From positions 30,001 to 62,000 of the forward strand of contig JAUWKS010000004.1 in NCBI GenBank assembly GCA_030614005.1: a DNA stretch of 32,000 bases, written 5' to 3'. Position 1 is the stretch's first letter; the number at the start of each line of letters is the position of its first letter. The stretch comes from Candidatus Heimdallarchaeota archaeon. Its GTDB lineage: Archaea; Asgardarchaeota; Heimdallarchaeia; JABLTI01. Below the pieces are notes generated by a model. The model was given only the letters and a program-made list of their open reading frames with translations, made no database searches and had not been told where the DNA came from. The position numbers and the translations under genes were made by a program. Below, piece after piece: positions 1-11,610 of this stretch.

Positions 1-1
1 A

Positions 2-145
2 ATCATTAATCAAATCTTTGAACAAATTGAAGGATTTGTGGATGTTGGTGCAATTCAAAACGCAAAATCATGGGCTAAACTTTTACAATTGCAATTGGAA
101 TTAATGAAAGATATTCCTAATCAATTGCCAAGCAAAAATGAGTAA
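2..145 (+). CDS. 3' end of a gene entering from the left edge (hypothetical protein, partial)
   Basis: Open frame from base 2 (IINQIFEQIEGFVDVGAIQNAKSWAKLLQLQLELMKDIPNQLPSKNE) ends at TAA 143-145, followed by a T-rich tract and the convergent helicase-like gene. Not in the ORF track because it has no start codon in the window. Confidence 0.6.
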   Translation: MINQIFEQIEGFVDVGAIQNAKSWAKLLQLQLELMKDIPNQLPSKNE

Positions 146-189
146 ATCACTCATTTTAATTTTTCTTTTTATTTTCACATTCTGATTAC

Positions 190-1590
190 TTAAACATCAA
201 TTAATTTTGTGCTCCAAGGATACCTTTCAAGTATTGTGTTTATCACTGAATTAACTTTCTTAGCTTCATATGTATCTTCGTAATAGAGAAAGATTCCATG
301 CCCACCACGAATTCTTTTCAGTTGTTGGTACACTGTTTTTGTTGTTCTAACACAATCAAAAATAATCAATTTTTCTGCTTCGGGTAGATCAATATCGCGT
401 TCCCCAACTGGGGACATTATCAGAGCTGCTTGACCATCATAATTTCTAAATGCTTGTAAAACAGCATTTTTATCAAAAATTTGACCTGTAAGCAGAAATG
501 ATTTTATCTTTGCTTTTGTTAGAAAATTTACAACTGTTTTTGCCGTAGTAATATAAGAACATATGACAACTGTTTTTTTGGTAGATTGAGCAATTTCAAC
601 TACTTTTAGTATTTTCTGAGGAATCACGGATAAATTACTAACTTCTACATTAGGTAATTTCCAAAGGAATTTTTTCAATTGTTGTGGAACCATTGCAAAT
701 AGATATTTTCTAATCAAAGTTAATGATTGAGCTTTCCCTCTTACTTCTTCTGAAACAGGGGCTTGTAATAAAGCCTGTGGACCTATTTTTTGAACTTGTT
801 TCAAATATGAAGGATTTTCTCTCTCGAGTTCCAATTGAATTTCTTTATATGCTTCTCTCAATTGTCCACCTATAATACTAGATATTTCTGCTAATGAAGG
901 ATCGAATACCGGAACGGCTTCTACACTGGTTTCTTTAGTAAAATCACCAACATCAGTTCCAGCTAGATAATCCATGTAAATCAATTCAGTATTTGGTATG
1001 TACTCCATGAGAGTATCTAACTCTTGGCGCATTTCAATTTGATCTTGATCAAGAACATAATGTGAATCACGAAGAGTTCCACTCATTCCAATAACGAGTG
1101 ATTTTTTTAATTTCTCAAAAATAGTTGTCCAAGGATATACTAGAACTCTTTTGGAACCAACTCTTCGGATTAACTTATCTACTTCATTAATGATTACTAA
1201 ATCAAAACTTTCAGCAATTGATGCAGGTGCTTTCTGTAAAATATTTGCCAATTTTTGTGGAGTACAGAGTATTACTCGAGAGTCTTTCAGCATCTTTTGA
1301 GCATATGAATTACCAATACCAGGACCTATCCAATTGAATCCTTCAACTCCTCCATACTCATTAATGAGAAAGTCCTTAGTTTCAACAAGTGACGAAGATG
1401 AAAGGACAATTAACAAAATCTTCTTTTCAGGAAACAGCGAAGTCAATAATTCGTAAGTGATGACTCTTTTTCCCATACCACAATCTAATTCTAATATCAC
1501 ACTTTTGTCCTTATCTAAATGAAATTTTATTAAATCTAAAATTAGTTTTTGGTAACCTCTGGGCACAATTTTTCGATCTACTTTGCTCAC
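190..1590 (-). CDS. Hef/FANCM-type SF2 helicase-domain protein with degenerate ATPase motifs (no nuclease domain)
   Basis: SF2 motifs in order: Q motif PRGYQ, I LDCGMGKR, Ib CTPQK, II IINEVDK, III GMSGT, IV VVICSYITTA, V GERDIDLPEAEKLIIFD, VI QQLKRIRG. GTG start with GAGG about 10 nt upstream. Confidence 0.75.
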   Translation of the reverse strand: MSKVDRKIVPRGYQKLILDLIKFHLDKDKSVILELDCGMGKRVITYELLTSLFPEKKILLIVLSSSSLVETKDFLINEYGGVEGFNWIGPGIGNSYAQKMLKDSRVILCTPQKLANILQKAPASIAESFDLVIINEVDKLIRRVGSKRVLVYPWTTIFEKLKKSLVIGMSGTLRDSHYVLDQDQIEMRQELDTLMEYIPNTELIYMDYLAGTDVGDFTKETSVEAVPVFDPSLAEISSIIGGQLREAYKEIQLELERENPSYLKQVQKIGPQALLQAPVSEEVRGKAQSLTLIRKYLFAMVPQQLKKFLWKLPNVEVSNLSVIPQKILKVVEIAQSTKKTVVICSYITTAKTVVNFLTKAKIKSFLLTGQIFDKNAVLQAFRNYDGQAALIMSPVGERDIDLPEAEKLIIFDCVRTTKTVYQQLKRIRGGHGIFLYYEDTYEAKKVNSVINTILERYPWSTKLIDV

Positions 1591-1650
1591 TGAATGACAT
1601 CCTCAACCTACTACGTTAAACCTTCAATATAAAGCTACAATTAAAATGAA

Positions 1651-1680
1651 TGAAGGGGCGTGGGAAAAAGCCCCTTTTCA
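1651..1680. terminator. GC-rich hairpin, possible terminator or attenuator between nusA and the helicase-like gene
   Basis: AAGGGGC (1653-1659) / GCCCCTT (1670-1676) around a 10-nt loop in AT-rich DNA. Confidence 0.4.
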
Positions 1681-1693
1681 TGGTAGCAAAGTA

Positions 1694-1794
1694 TGTGCGA
1701 GGTGCACACAAGAAGACCACCTAATTTTTTATCTCTTGCCGAGGAGATGATATTGCCGAGGTATCAATCCAAAAGTTATGTGTTCTTCTTATGT
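1694..1794. ncRNA. Candidate structured RNA or cis-element with repeated-loop hairpins
   Basis: TTGCCGAGG direct repeat (1736-1744, 1753-1761), each copy enclosed by 5-bp inverted repeats; 11-bp enclosing stem 1706-1716/1784-1794; extra hairpin TGTGC-GAGGT-GCACA at 1694-1708. Confidence 0.3.
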
Positions 1795-1907
1795 ATAGAA
1801 CTATACAGATAGTGATATTAAAGAACCAACAATGGAGTTAACCGAAAGTATTCGGTGTTCTTTACTAAGTAAAAAAATTAGATTGAAAAAGGAATTTGAA
1901 GAAAACA

Positions 1908-2348
1908 TTAATCGCTTAAGATAATGTTTTCTATATCAAAATGTCGTTTAGCTAATACTTTAGCACGCTCAATATTGCGACCTTCTTTACCAATAGCTAA
2001 ACCTCTTTGATCACGTTTTACAGTAACAAAAGCTAATGTTGGTTTATCCTTTCTTCTAACAACAGCAACCTTTTCAATTGAAGCAGGAACCAGAGCATTC
2101 TGTATGAACCTCTCGGGTTGATCGTCATCCTCAACAATCTCTATATCTTTTCCAAAGACATTCTTGAGTTTCTTGATGTGTATTCCATTGCGACCAATTG
2201 CATTACCAACATATCCGCGTTTCACCAGAAAAATTATTCGATCGAGTTTTTTGTCTATTATACAATCTTTTGGACTGATTCGTGTTATACTCGAGAAGAT
2301 ATCCATAGTTTTCATTTCATCAATGGTAATCTTTATGCCAGAAGACAG
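1908..2348 (-). CDS. nusA: Archaeal NusA (KH-domain transcription elongation factor)
   Basis: Two KH GxxG-type motifs (VGNAIGRNGIHIK, AIGKEGRNIERAK) and the canonical position after rpl30e. The ORF track starts at ATG 2315, but the conserved-looking N-terminus (GIKITIDEM) continues in frame to a CTG at 2348. Confidence 0.93.
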   Translation of the reverse strand: MSSGIKITIDEMKTMDIFSSITRISPKDCIIDKKLDRIIFLVKRGYVGNAIGRNGIHIKKLKNVFGKDIEIVEDDDQPERFIQNALVPASIEKVAVVRRKDKPTLAFVTVKRDQRGLAIGKEGRNIERAKVLAKRHFDIENIILSD

Positions 2349-2386
2349 TTCACTACACGACCTATATTTTTTCTAAATTCCTAGTG

Positions 2387-2692
2387 TTATTTCTTCAACG
2401 CTTTCAATATTTTACTGTCACCAGTGTCATATACTGAAATTGCTGAAACAACATGTTCCCTGCCACAAAGTGCGCCAAGTTCATATCCGTTTCCGTTGTA
2501 TTCAACAATTGGAATAGAAGCTAAAGAACAGTAGTATTCTACATGGGTTCTCTGTGTAGCCATGCAATTTTTTGCAAGGATAACCAATTTTGCTCGACCA
2601 AGCTTTGTAGCTTTGATTGTTCGCTTTATACCATAATCTCTTTTACCAGTTCTAGCGATAATTTGTATTTCTCTATTTAAATCGTATGACAT
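2387..2692 (-). CDS. rpl30e: Large-subunit ribosomal protein L30e (eL30)
   Basis: TGK..YGIKRTIKA, KLVILAKNC, YNGNGYELGALCGR, SAISVYDTGDSKIL; canonical position after rpo1C. Confidence 0.96.
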   Translation of the reverse strand: MSYDLNREIQIIARTGKRDYGIKRTIKATKLGRAKLVILAKNCMATQRTHVEYYCSLASIPIVEYNGNGYELGALCGREHVVSAISVYDTGDSKILKALKK

Positions 2693-2745
2693 TTTACTTT
2701 ACTCCAACATTTGTTAGTTATCTCAAAGTAACTTTTTGTTGTTTT

Positions 2746-2777
2746 AACATAGGGAATTTAAATCATTCCCTAATGTT
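2746..2777. promoter_or_regulatory. Stem-loop in the rpo1C-rpl30e spacer
   Basis: TAGGGAAT (2750-2757) / ATTCCCTA (2765-2772), extendable by AACA/TGTT with one bulged base; 7-nt loop. Confidence 0.35.
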
Positions 2778-2794
2778 GATTTGTTGTTTATTAC

Positions 2795-6728
<3,934 letters not shown>

Positions 6729-6741
6729 TCTTTTTTTCCTC

Positions 6742-9700
6742 CTAAGCCATATCCTTCAATATTAATTTTGGAGCCATACCAAGAGCTGTTAATTCTTGTA
6801 AAAGCAATTTGAATGCATAGCTCATTACTACATTTGATACTTCAGACTCACCTTTGCATATTGGACAAAGGTATTTGTCTCGGTTTCTATCGTAAGTTGC
6901 GATTACACCACAGTTGCCACAAACATTGATATTTGTTTTATCTGATTCTTCGAGTAAACGCTCTTTCAGAAGCAAAGCTGCTCCATGTCCTACTAAACAA
7001 TCACGTTCCATTTCACCAAATCGCAAACCACCTTCTCTTGCACGACCTTCTGTTGGTTGCCTTGTAAGAATTTGGACTGGTCCTCTTGCACGAGCATGAG
7101 TTTTATCTTTTACTAAATGGTGAAGTTTTTGATAGTAAGCAATGCCCATAAAAATATCAACATCATATTTTCTACCAGTTATACCATTATACATTGCTTG
7201 TTTTCCATAGTAGTTCAAGCCTAATTTTTTCATTTCTTGAACTAAGTAGTCAGAAGTAATTCCTTCAAATGGTGTTGCATCAATCACTGTGCCAACTTTT
7301 GTTCCATACACAGCAGCCATAGTCTCAAGAATTTGACCAATGGTCATTCTTGAAGGTATAGCATGGCAATTTACAATGATATCGGGAATAATACCTTCAG
7401 AAGTAAATGGTAAGTCTTCAGGTGGTGCGATTAAACCAATTACAGCTTTTTGTCCATGTCGTGACGCAAACTTATCACCCACTTCAGGAATTCGCATATC
7501 TCTCATCTTAACTTTAACCAAACGATTACCATCGCTTGTTTCAGTTAAGATAACAGTATCAACAAACCCTTCTTCGCTATGACGCATACTAATACTGGTT
7601 TCATGTCTAATTGGAGCACGTACTTCAAATTCACTGTATTCTTCAAGAAATCTTGGTGGAGAAGTTCTACCAATAATTACTTGATCTCCAGCAACTTGAC
7701 TTTCTGGTTCAACAATACCATCAGAGCTTAAATGAACATACGCTTCAGGTGGTCTAAAACCTCTAACCTCTTTACTCATACGTTCAAATTTATCTTCTTG
7801 ACCAGCTGGATATCGTCGTTCTTCTGCTTCATATCGTCTGAAGAATGCTGATCTAGCTAATCCACGTTCAATTGATTGTTTATTGAAGATAATAGCATCT
7901 TCCATGTTGTAGCCTTCATAGCTGAGTAAAGCTATTACCATGTTTTGTCCTGCAGGACGTTTATCAAAATTGATAATGTCCATTCCATGAGTTTTAACAA
8001 GTGGTTTCTGCGGATAAAAGAGAATGTGTGAGCGAGTATCAACTCTCAATCGATAGTTTGCTGCATACATACCTAATGCTTGTTTAGCCATTGCAGATTC
8101 GTAAGTATTTCTTGGAGATTGATTATGCTCTGCAAAAGGAATAAGTGAAGCACAAATGCCTAAGATTGAACTTGGTGCAATCTCTAAATGTGTATGACCA
8201 GTATCTTTTTCTAAATCCTCTATTTGCATTGCAATATAAGCGCTTTCTTCTTCTTCAGCATCGATATATTCTATGATTCCTCTTTGAATTAAATCATGCC
8301 AGCTCCAAGCACCTGAAATAATCTTTTCGACATGTTTTTTATCGAGTTTGATCTTTCCTTTGTCAACAACAATAATTGGTCTTCTTACTCTACCATGATC
8401 ACTGTTAACTTGAATTTCTTGAATATCATCATAGAAGTTGATATTAACTTCAGAACTGATTAGATTTTTTCTACGCGCTTTTCGGACATCATTTACAAAT
8501 CCTTTAGGATCTGGATGTGAACCTAGTAAACGACCATTGAGAAATACCTTTGTTGAATCTGTTGATTGTAGGTTTTGTAATCGATTTAGGCCGAGAGTAT
8601 AAAGGAAATCTTCAATATTTTTTTCAATAGTACCAACACTGATGTAAGCATCTAATGCAAGATTCTTTACTAAACCACAATTTGGTCCTTCTGGTGTTTC
8701 ACTTGGACATATTTTGCCAAAATGAGTTGGATGCAAATCTCTTGCTTCAAAATGAGGTTGGTTTCGGCTTAATGGGCTTACTACTCTTCTCAGATGGCTC
8801 AAAGTTGAGAGATAATTAGTTCTATTAAGCAATTGACTAACTCCGGCTTTTCCACCGACCCAATTGCCTGTAGCTAAAGCATGTCTTAATCTTTCGGTAA
8901 TAACATCAGCTCTCACTGCTGTTCTAATGTTTGGAGTCCTTCCACGAACAGCTGTTCTTTCGAGTTGATATTTAATATCTCGACATAAGCTCATAAAAGC
9001 TACTCTGAATAGAGAGATAAGTGACTCTCCAGAGAGTTTAAGCCTCTTATTTGAATAATGATCTTTATCGTCTACCTCGCGTTTATCTAATTCAAGTTCA
9101 AGTAAACGTTGCGCCATTTGGCCCAGAAAGAATGCTTTACCGATTCGATGTTCTTCTTTCGTACCGATATGTCTGAGAAGGTATCGATTTAATATTTCAC
9201 GAGCTCTTTTAATTCTATAATCCATTGTTTGACCGACTGCAACTCGTTTGCCAATAAAGTCAAGAGCTCTTTCCTCATCAGTGATCTCAGAAGCTTCATC
9301 TAATGAAGGAATTAATTCTTTTCGAACATCGGTTTTATCTGAAACAGCTTCTACAATTAGTTTATCAGAAGATAAACCTAAAGCTTTCATTAATACTACA
9401 AAAGGAATTTTTCGAGGAACTGAGGGAAAACTTACGTTTAAACTACCATCACGAGAGCGTTCCATAGTAACAGGTGCACGTACTCCTTGAGCTGTGCTGA
9501 ATACTTTAGCCATACTTGTTACGCTGCCTGTTTTCTTCTCAATCAAAATACGATTTGGAGCTAAATCTTCTTGAGTTACAAGAACCCTTTCGCTACCATT
9601 AATAATAAAATATCCACCAGGATCATTGGGATCTTCACCGGCTTTTATTAATTCCTCTTTCGTCATTCGACTAAGAGGGCAGACTTTGGATTTGAGCATA

Positions 9701-10083
9701 ATTGGCATACGACCAACAAATACTCTGGAAGTTTCTCTTGGAATCTCGTTACCAGCTTCATCAACTCGAATTGGAGTCATATCGAGATATAATGGTGCTG
9801 TGTATGTTAGATTTCTTATTCTAGCTTCACTTGGAAAAATGTTATTTAATGATCCATCAGCTTCTCTAATATTGGGAGGATCCATATCGATTTTATTGAT
9901 CTTTACATAATAATTAGGAATTTCAGGCTTAATACTACCAATTTCTTTTACAACATTTTGCATCCCATTTTGAATAAATTCATTATAACTATCAAGATGC
10001 TGTCGTACAAGGCCAAGTTCCTTAACCATTGATTCAATAAGAATCCATCTGTCCTCAATTGTTATTTTTTCGGTCTCAGACAT
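6742..10083 (-). CDS. rpo2: DNA-directed RNA polymerase subunit Rpo2 (B), unsplit
   Basis: QHLDSYNEF, DPGGYFIINGSERV, ETPEG.NCGLVKNL, GDKFASRHGQK, HAIPSRMTIGQ, GGLRFGEMERD and a C-terminal zinc ribbon in one 1113-aa ORF. Confidence 0.99.
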   Translation of the reverse strand: MSETEKITIEDRWILIESMVKELGLVRQHLDSYNEFIQNGMQNVVKEIGSIKPEIPNYYVKINKIDMDPPNIREADGSLNNIFPSEARIRNLTYTAPLYLDMTPIRVDEAGNEIPRETSRVFVGRMPIMLKSKVCPLSRMTKEELIKAGEDPNDPGGYFIINGSERVLVTQEDLAPNRILIEKKTGSVTSMAKVFSTAQGVRAPVTMERSRDGSLNVSFPSVPRKIPFVVLMKALGLSSDKLIVEAVSDKTDVRKELIPSLDEASEITDEERALDFIGKRVAVGQTMDYRIKRAREILNRYLLRHIGTKEEHRIGKAFFLGQMAQRLLELELDKREVDDKDHYSNKRLKLSGESLISLFRVAFMSLCRDIKYQLERTAVRGRTPNIRTAVRADVITERLRHALATGNWVGGKAGVSQLLNRTNYLSTLSHLRRVVSPLSRNQPHFEARDLHPTHFGKICPSETPEGPNCGLVKNLALDAYISVGTIEKNIEDFLYTLGLNRLQNLQSTDSTKVFLNGRLLGSHPDPKGFVNDVRKARRKNLISSEVNINFYDDIQEIQVNSDHGRVRRPIIVVDKGKIKLDKKHVEKIISGAWSWHDLIQRGIIEYIDAEEEESAYIAMQIEDLEKDTGHTHLEIAPSSILGICASLIPFAEHNQSPRNTYESAMAKQALGMYAANYRLRVDTRSHILFYPQKPLVKTHGMDIINFDKRPAGQNMVIALLSYEGYNMEDAIIFNKQSIERGLARSAFFRRYEAEERRYPAGQEDKFERMSKEVRGFRPPEAYVHLSSDGIVEPESQVAGDQVIIGRTSPPRFLEEYSEFEVRAPIRHETSISMRHSEEGFVDTVILTETSDGNRLVKVKMRDMRIPEVGDKFASRHGQKAVIGLIAPPEDLPFTSEGIIPDIIVNCHAIPSRMTIGQILETMAAVYGTKVGTVIDATPFEGITSDYLVQEMKKLGLNYYGKQAMYNGITGRKYDVDIFMGIAYYQKLHHLVKDKTHARARGPVQILTRQPTEGRAREGGLRFGEMERDCLVGHGAALLLKERLLEESDKTNINVCGNCGVIATYDRNRDKYLCPICKGESEVSNVVMSYAFKLLLQELTALGMAPKLILKDMA

Positions 10084-10600
10084 TCAGTTTATCCTCGCTG
10101 ATACGGTCTTCTAGGACTATCTTTTCATGCCAAAAATATAATCATGAAGTGTGCTACTTTTTAGCTGGAAGAGCAATGAAATCAATGCGGAAACTTTTAT
10201 CTTTTAAATCTTATGCAAGAAACGCCATTTTGTAAATTTTTTTTCTCTTATTTGTTAATTTGCTATTAATAATAATAATGCACCACGGTCTTTAACATAA
10301 AATAATCTGACTGTAATTCATTTTTTGCAAAAAGTGTTTTTTTAGTTAGCAGATTCTAAGATGATGTTCCTATTTTTCGATTCCCCTCAATATGATGACT
10401 TCTGGACATGATTTTTAATTATACAATATTTATTTATACAAACTCCTTCAAAAATTTTTCTATTATGTGAAAAAATAAATTCGTGGTTTTTTAATGCTCT
10501 AATTTGAATTAAGTTATAGAATTCTTTAGCATTAGCAGAAATCAATTATTTGTGATCTAATGGTTAAAGAAAAAGCTAAAACAAATGAGATGAATCCCTT

Positions 10601-11560
10601 ATGCATACAGAACAAGAATTGGAGATGGAAATAGAAAAAGTTCTAATTGCTGGATTAGATAATGCCGGGAAAAGCTCAATTCAAGATATATTGAAATATA
10701 TCCCAATTGAAGCTGCGCAGAGAAGAACACCGAGTAAAGATCTTGAGATATCAGAAAAAAAATTCTTAAAAAAGAAGTATATCTTTTTCATTCCACCAGG
10801 ACAAGAAGATTTACGGTTGAAAGAATTTCATGGTACAATGAAAAATGAGTATTTTGAAAATGTTAGTACGTTCATTTTTGTTGTTGATTCATCTGAAATT
10901 GAAAGAGTAAATGAAGCTAGAGAAGAGTTACAAAGATCAATTGAAGATCTAATGCTGCTTTCTCCTGAATGTAAAAAATTTATTCTTCTTGCTCATAAAC
11001 AAGATCTAGACGAAGCTGAAAATGGGTTATCTCTCAAAAAGCAAATTCTCGATCCTTTAAATCATCTTTTTCCAAATATTATTTATCAATTCAAAATATT
11101 TGAAACAACACTCTTTAGTCCTGAGACAATTCATGAACCATTTGTAAAAGTTATTGCTAAACATGTTGGTATAAATAGATTCGATTTTGATAAATTGGCT
11201 GAATGGGTTCGAAAGCAAACGAATGCTAAAATCGTTCTTGTTACTGACCCCAATGGGTTACTCATTGGAGAATCATTTACAGGTATTGAAAATTCCACTG
11301 TTTTTGCTGCTTATGTAGCAAAAATTTTCTCTGCTATTGAAGACTTTCAAGCAGATTTAGAAGTTGGAGGGATAAAAATTATTGTCCTTGAGGATGAAGA
11401 TGAGTCAAATTATAGTATAGTATCCAGAATTAATTGCACAAAAGATGATTATTTAGCACTTTTAATTGGATTTCCAAAAACGCAAATTGGGATGACGAGA
11501 ATCATAAATCGCACAGGGTTAAGTCATTTGAAGGATGCTTATAATAGCTATAAGACTTAA
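10601..11560 (+). CDS. Rag/Gtr-like small GTPase fused to a C-terminal roadblock domain
   Basis: G1 GLDNAGKSSIQ, G3-like IPPGQ, FVVDS, G4 HKQD, G5 region ETTLF; from about aa 195 a roadblock pattern (VLVTDPNGLLIGES, long helix, three strands, GM..I helix). Confidence 0.8.
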   Translation: MHTEQELEMEIEKVLIAGLDNAGKSSIQDILKYIPIEAAQRRTPSKDLEISEKKFLKKKYIFFIPPGQEDLRLKEFHGTMKNEYFENVSTFIFVVDSSEIERVNEAREELQRSIEDLMLLSPECKKFILLAHKQDLDEAENGLSLKKQILDPLNHLFPNIIYQFKIFETTLFSPETIHEPFVKVIAKHVGINRFDFDKLAEWVRKQTNAKIVLVTDPNGLLIGESFTGIENSTVFAAYVAKIFSAIEDFQADLEVGGIKIIVLEDEDESNYSIVSRINCTKDDYLALLIGFPKTQIGMTRIINRTGLSHLKDAYNSYKT

Positions 11561-11610
11561 TGAAGAAAATCAAATAAAAAAATCCAATTAATTAGACCTG
11601 GGTGTAGGTA

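Noticed and set aside
1736-1761. TTGCCGAGG repeat as a CRISPR remnant or a C/D-box sRNA
   Set aside because: Only two 9-bp copies 8 bp apart, no cas genes, and no convincing C (RTGATGA) plus D (CTGA) box pair.
10084-10600. Possible hidden rpo5 (rpoH) or RNA gene in the 517-bp divergent spacer
   Set aside because: No ORF of suitable length and no tRNA or rRNA features; only short AT-rich inverted repeats such as TTTTTGCAAAAA, expected by chance.
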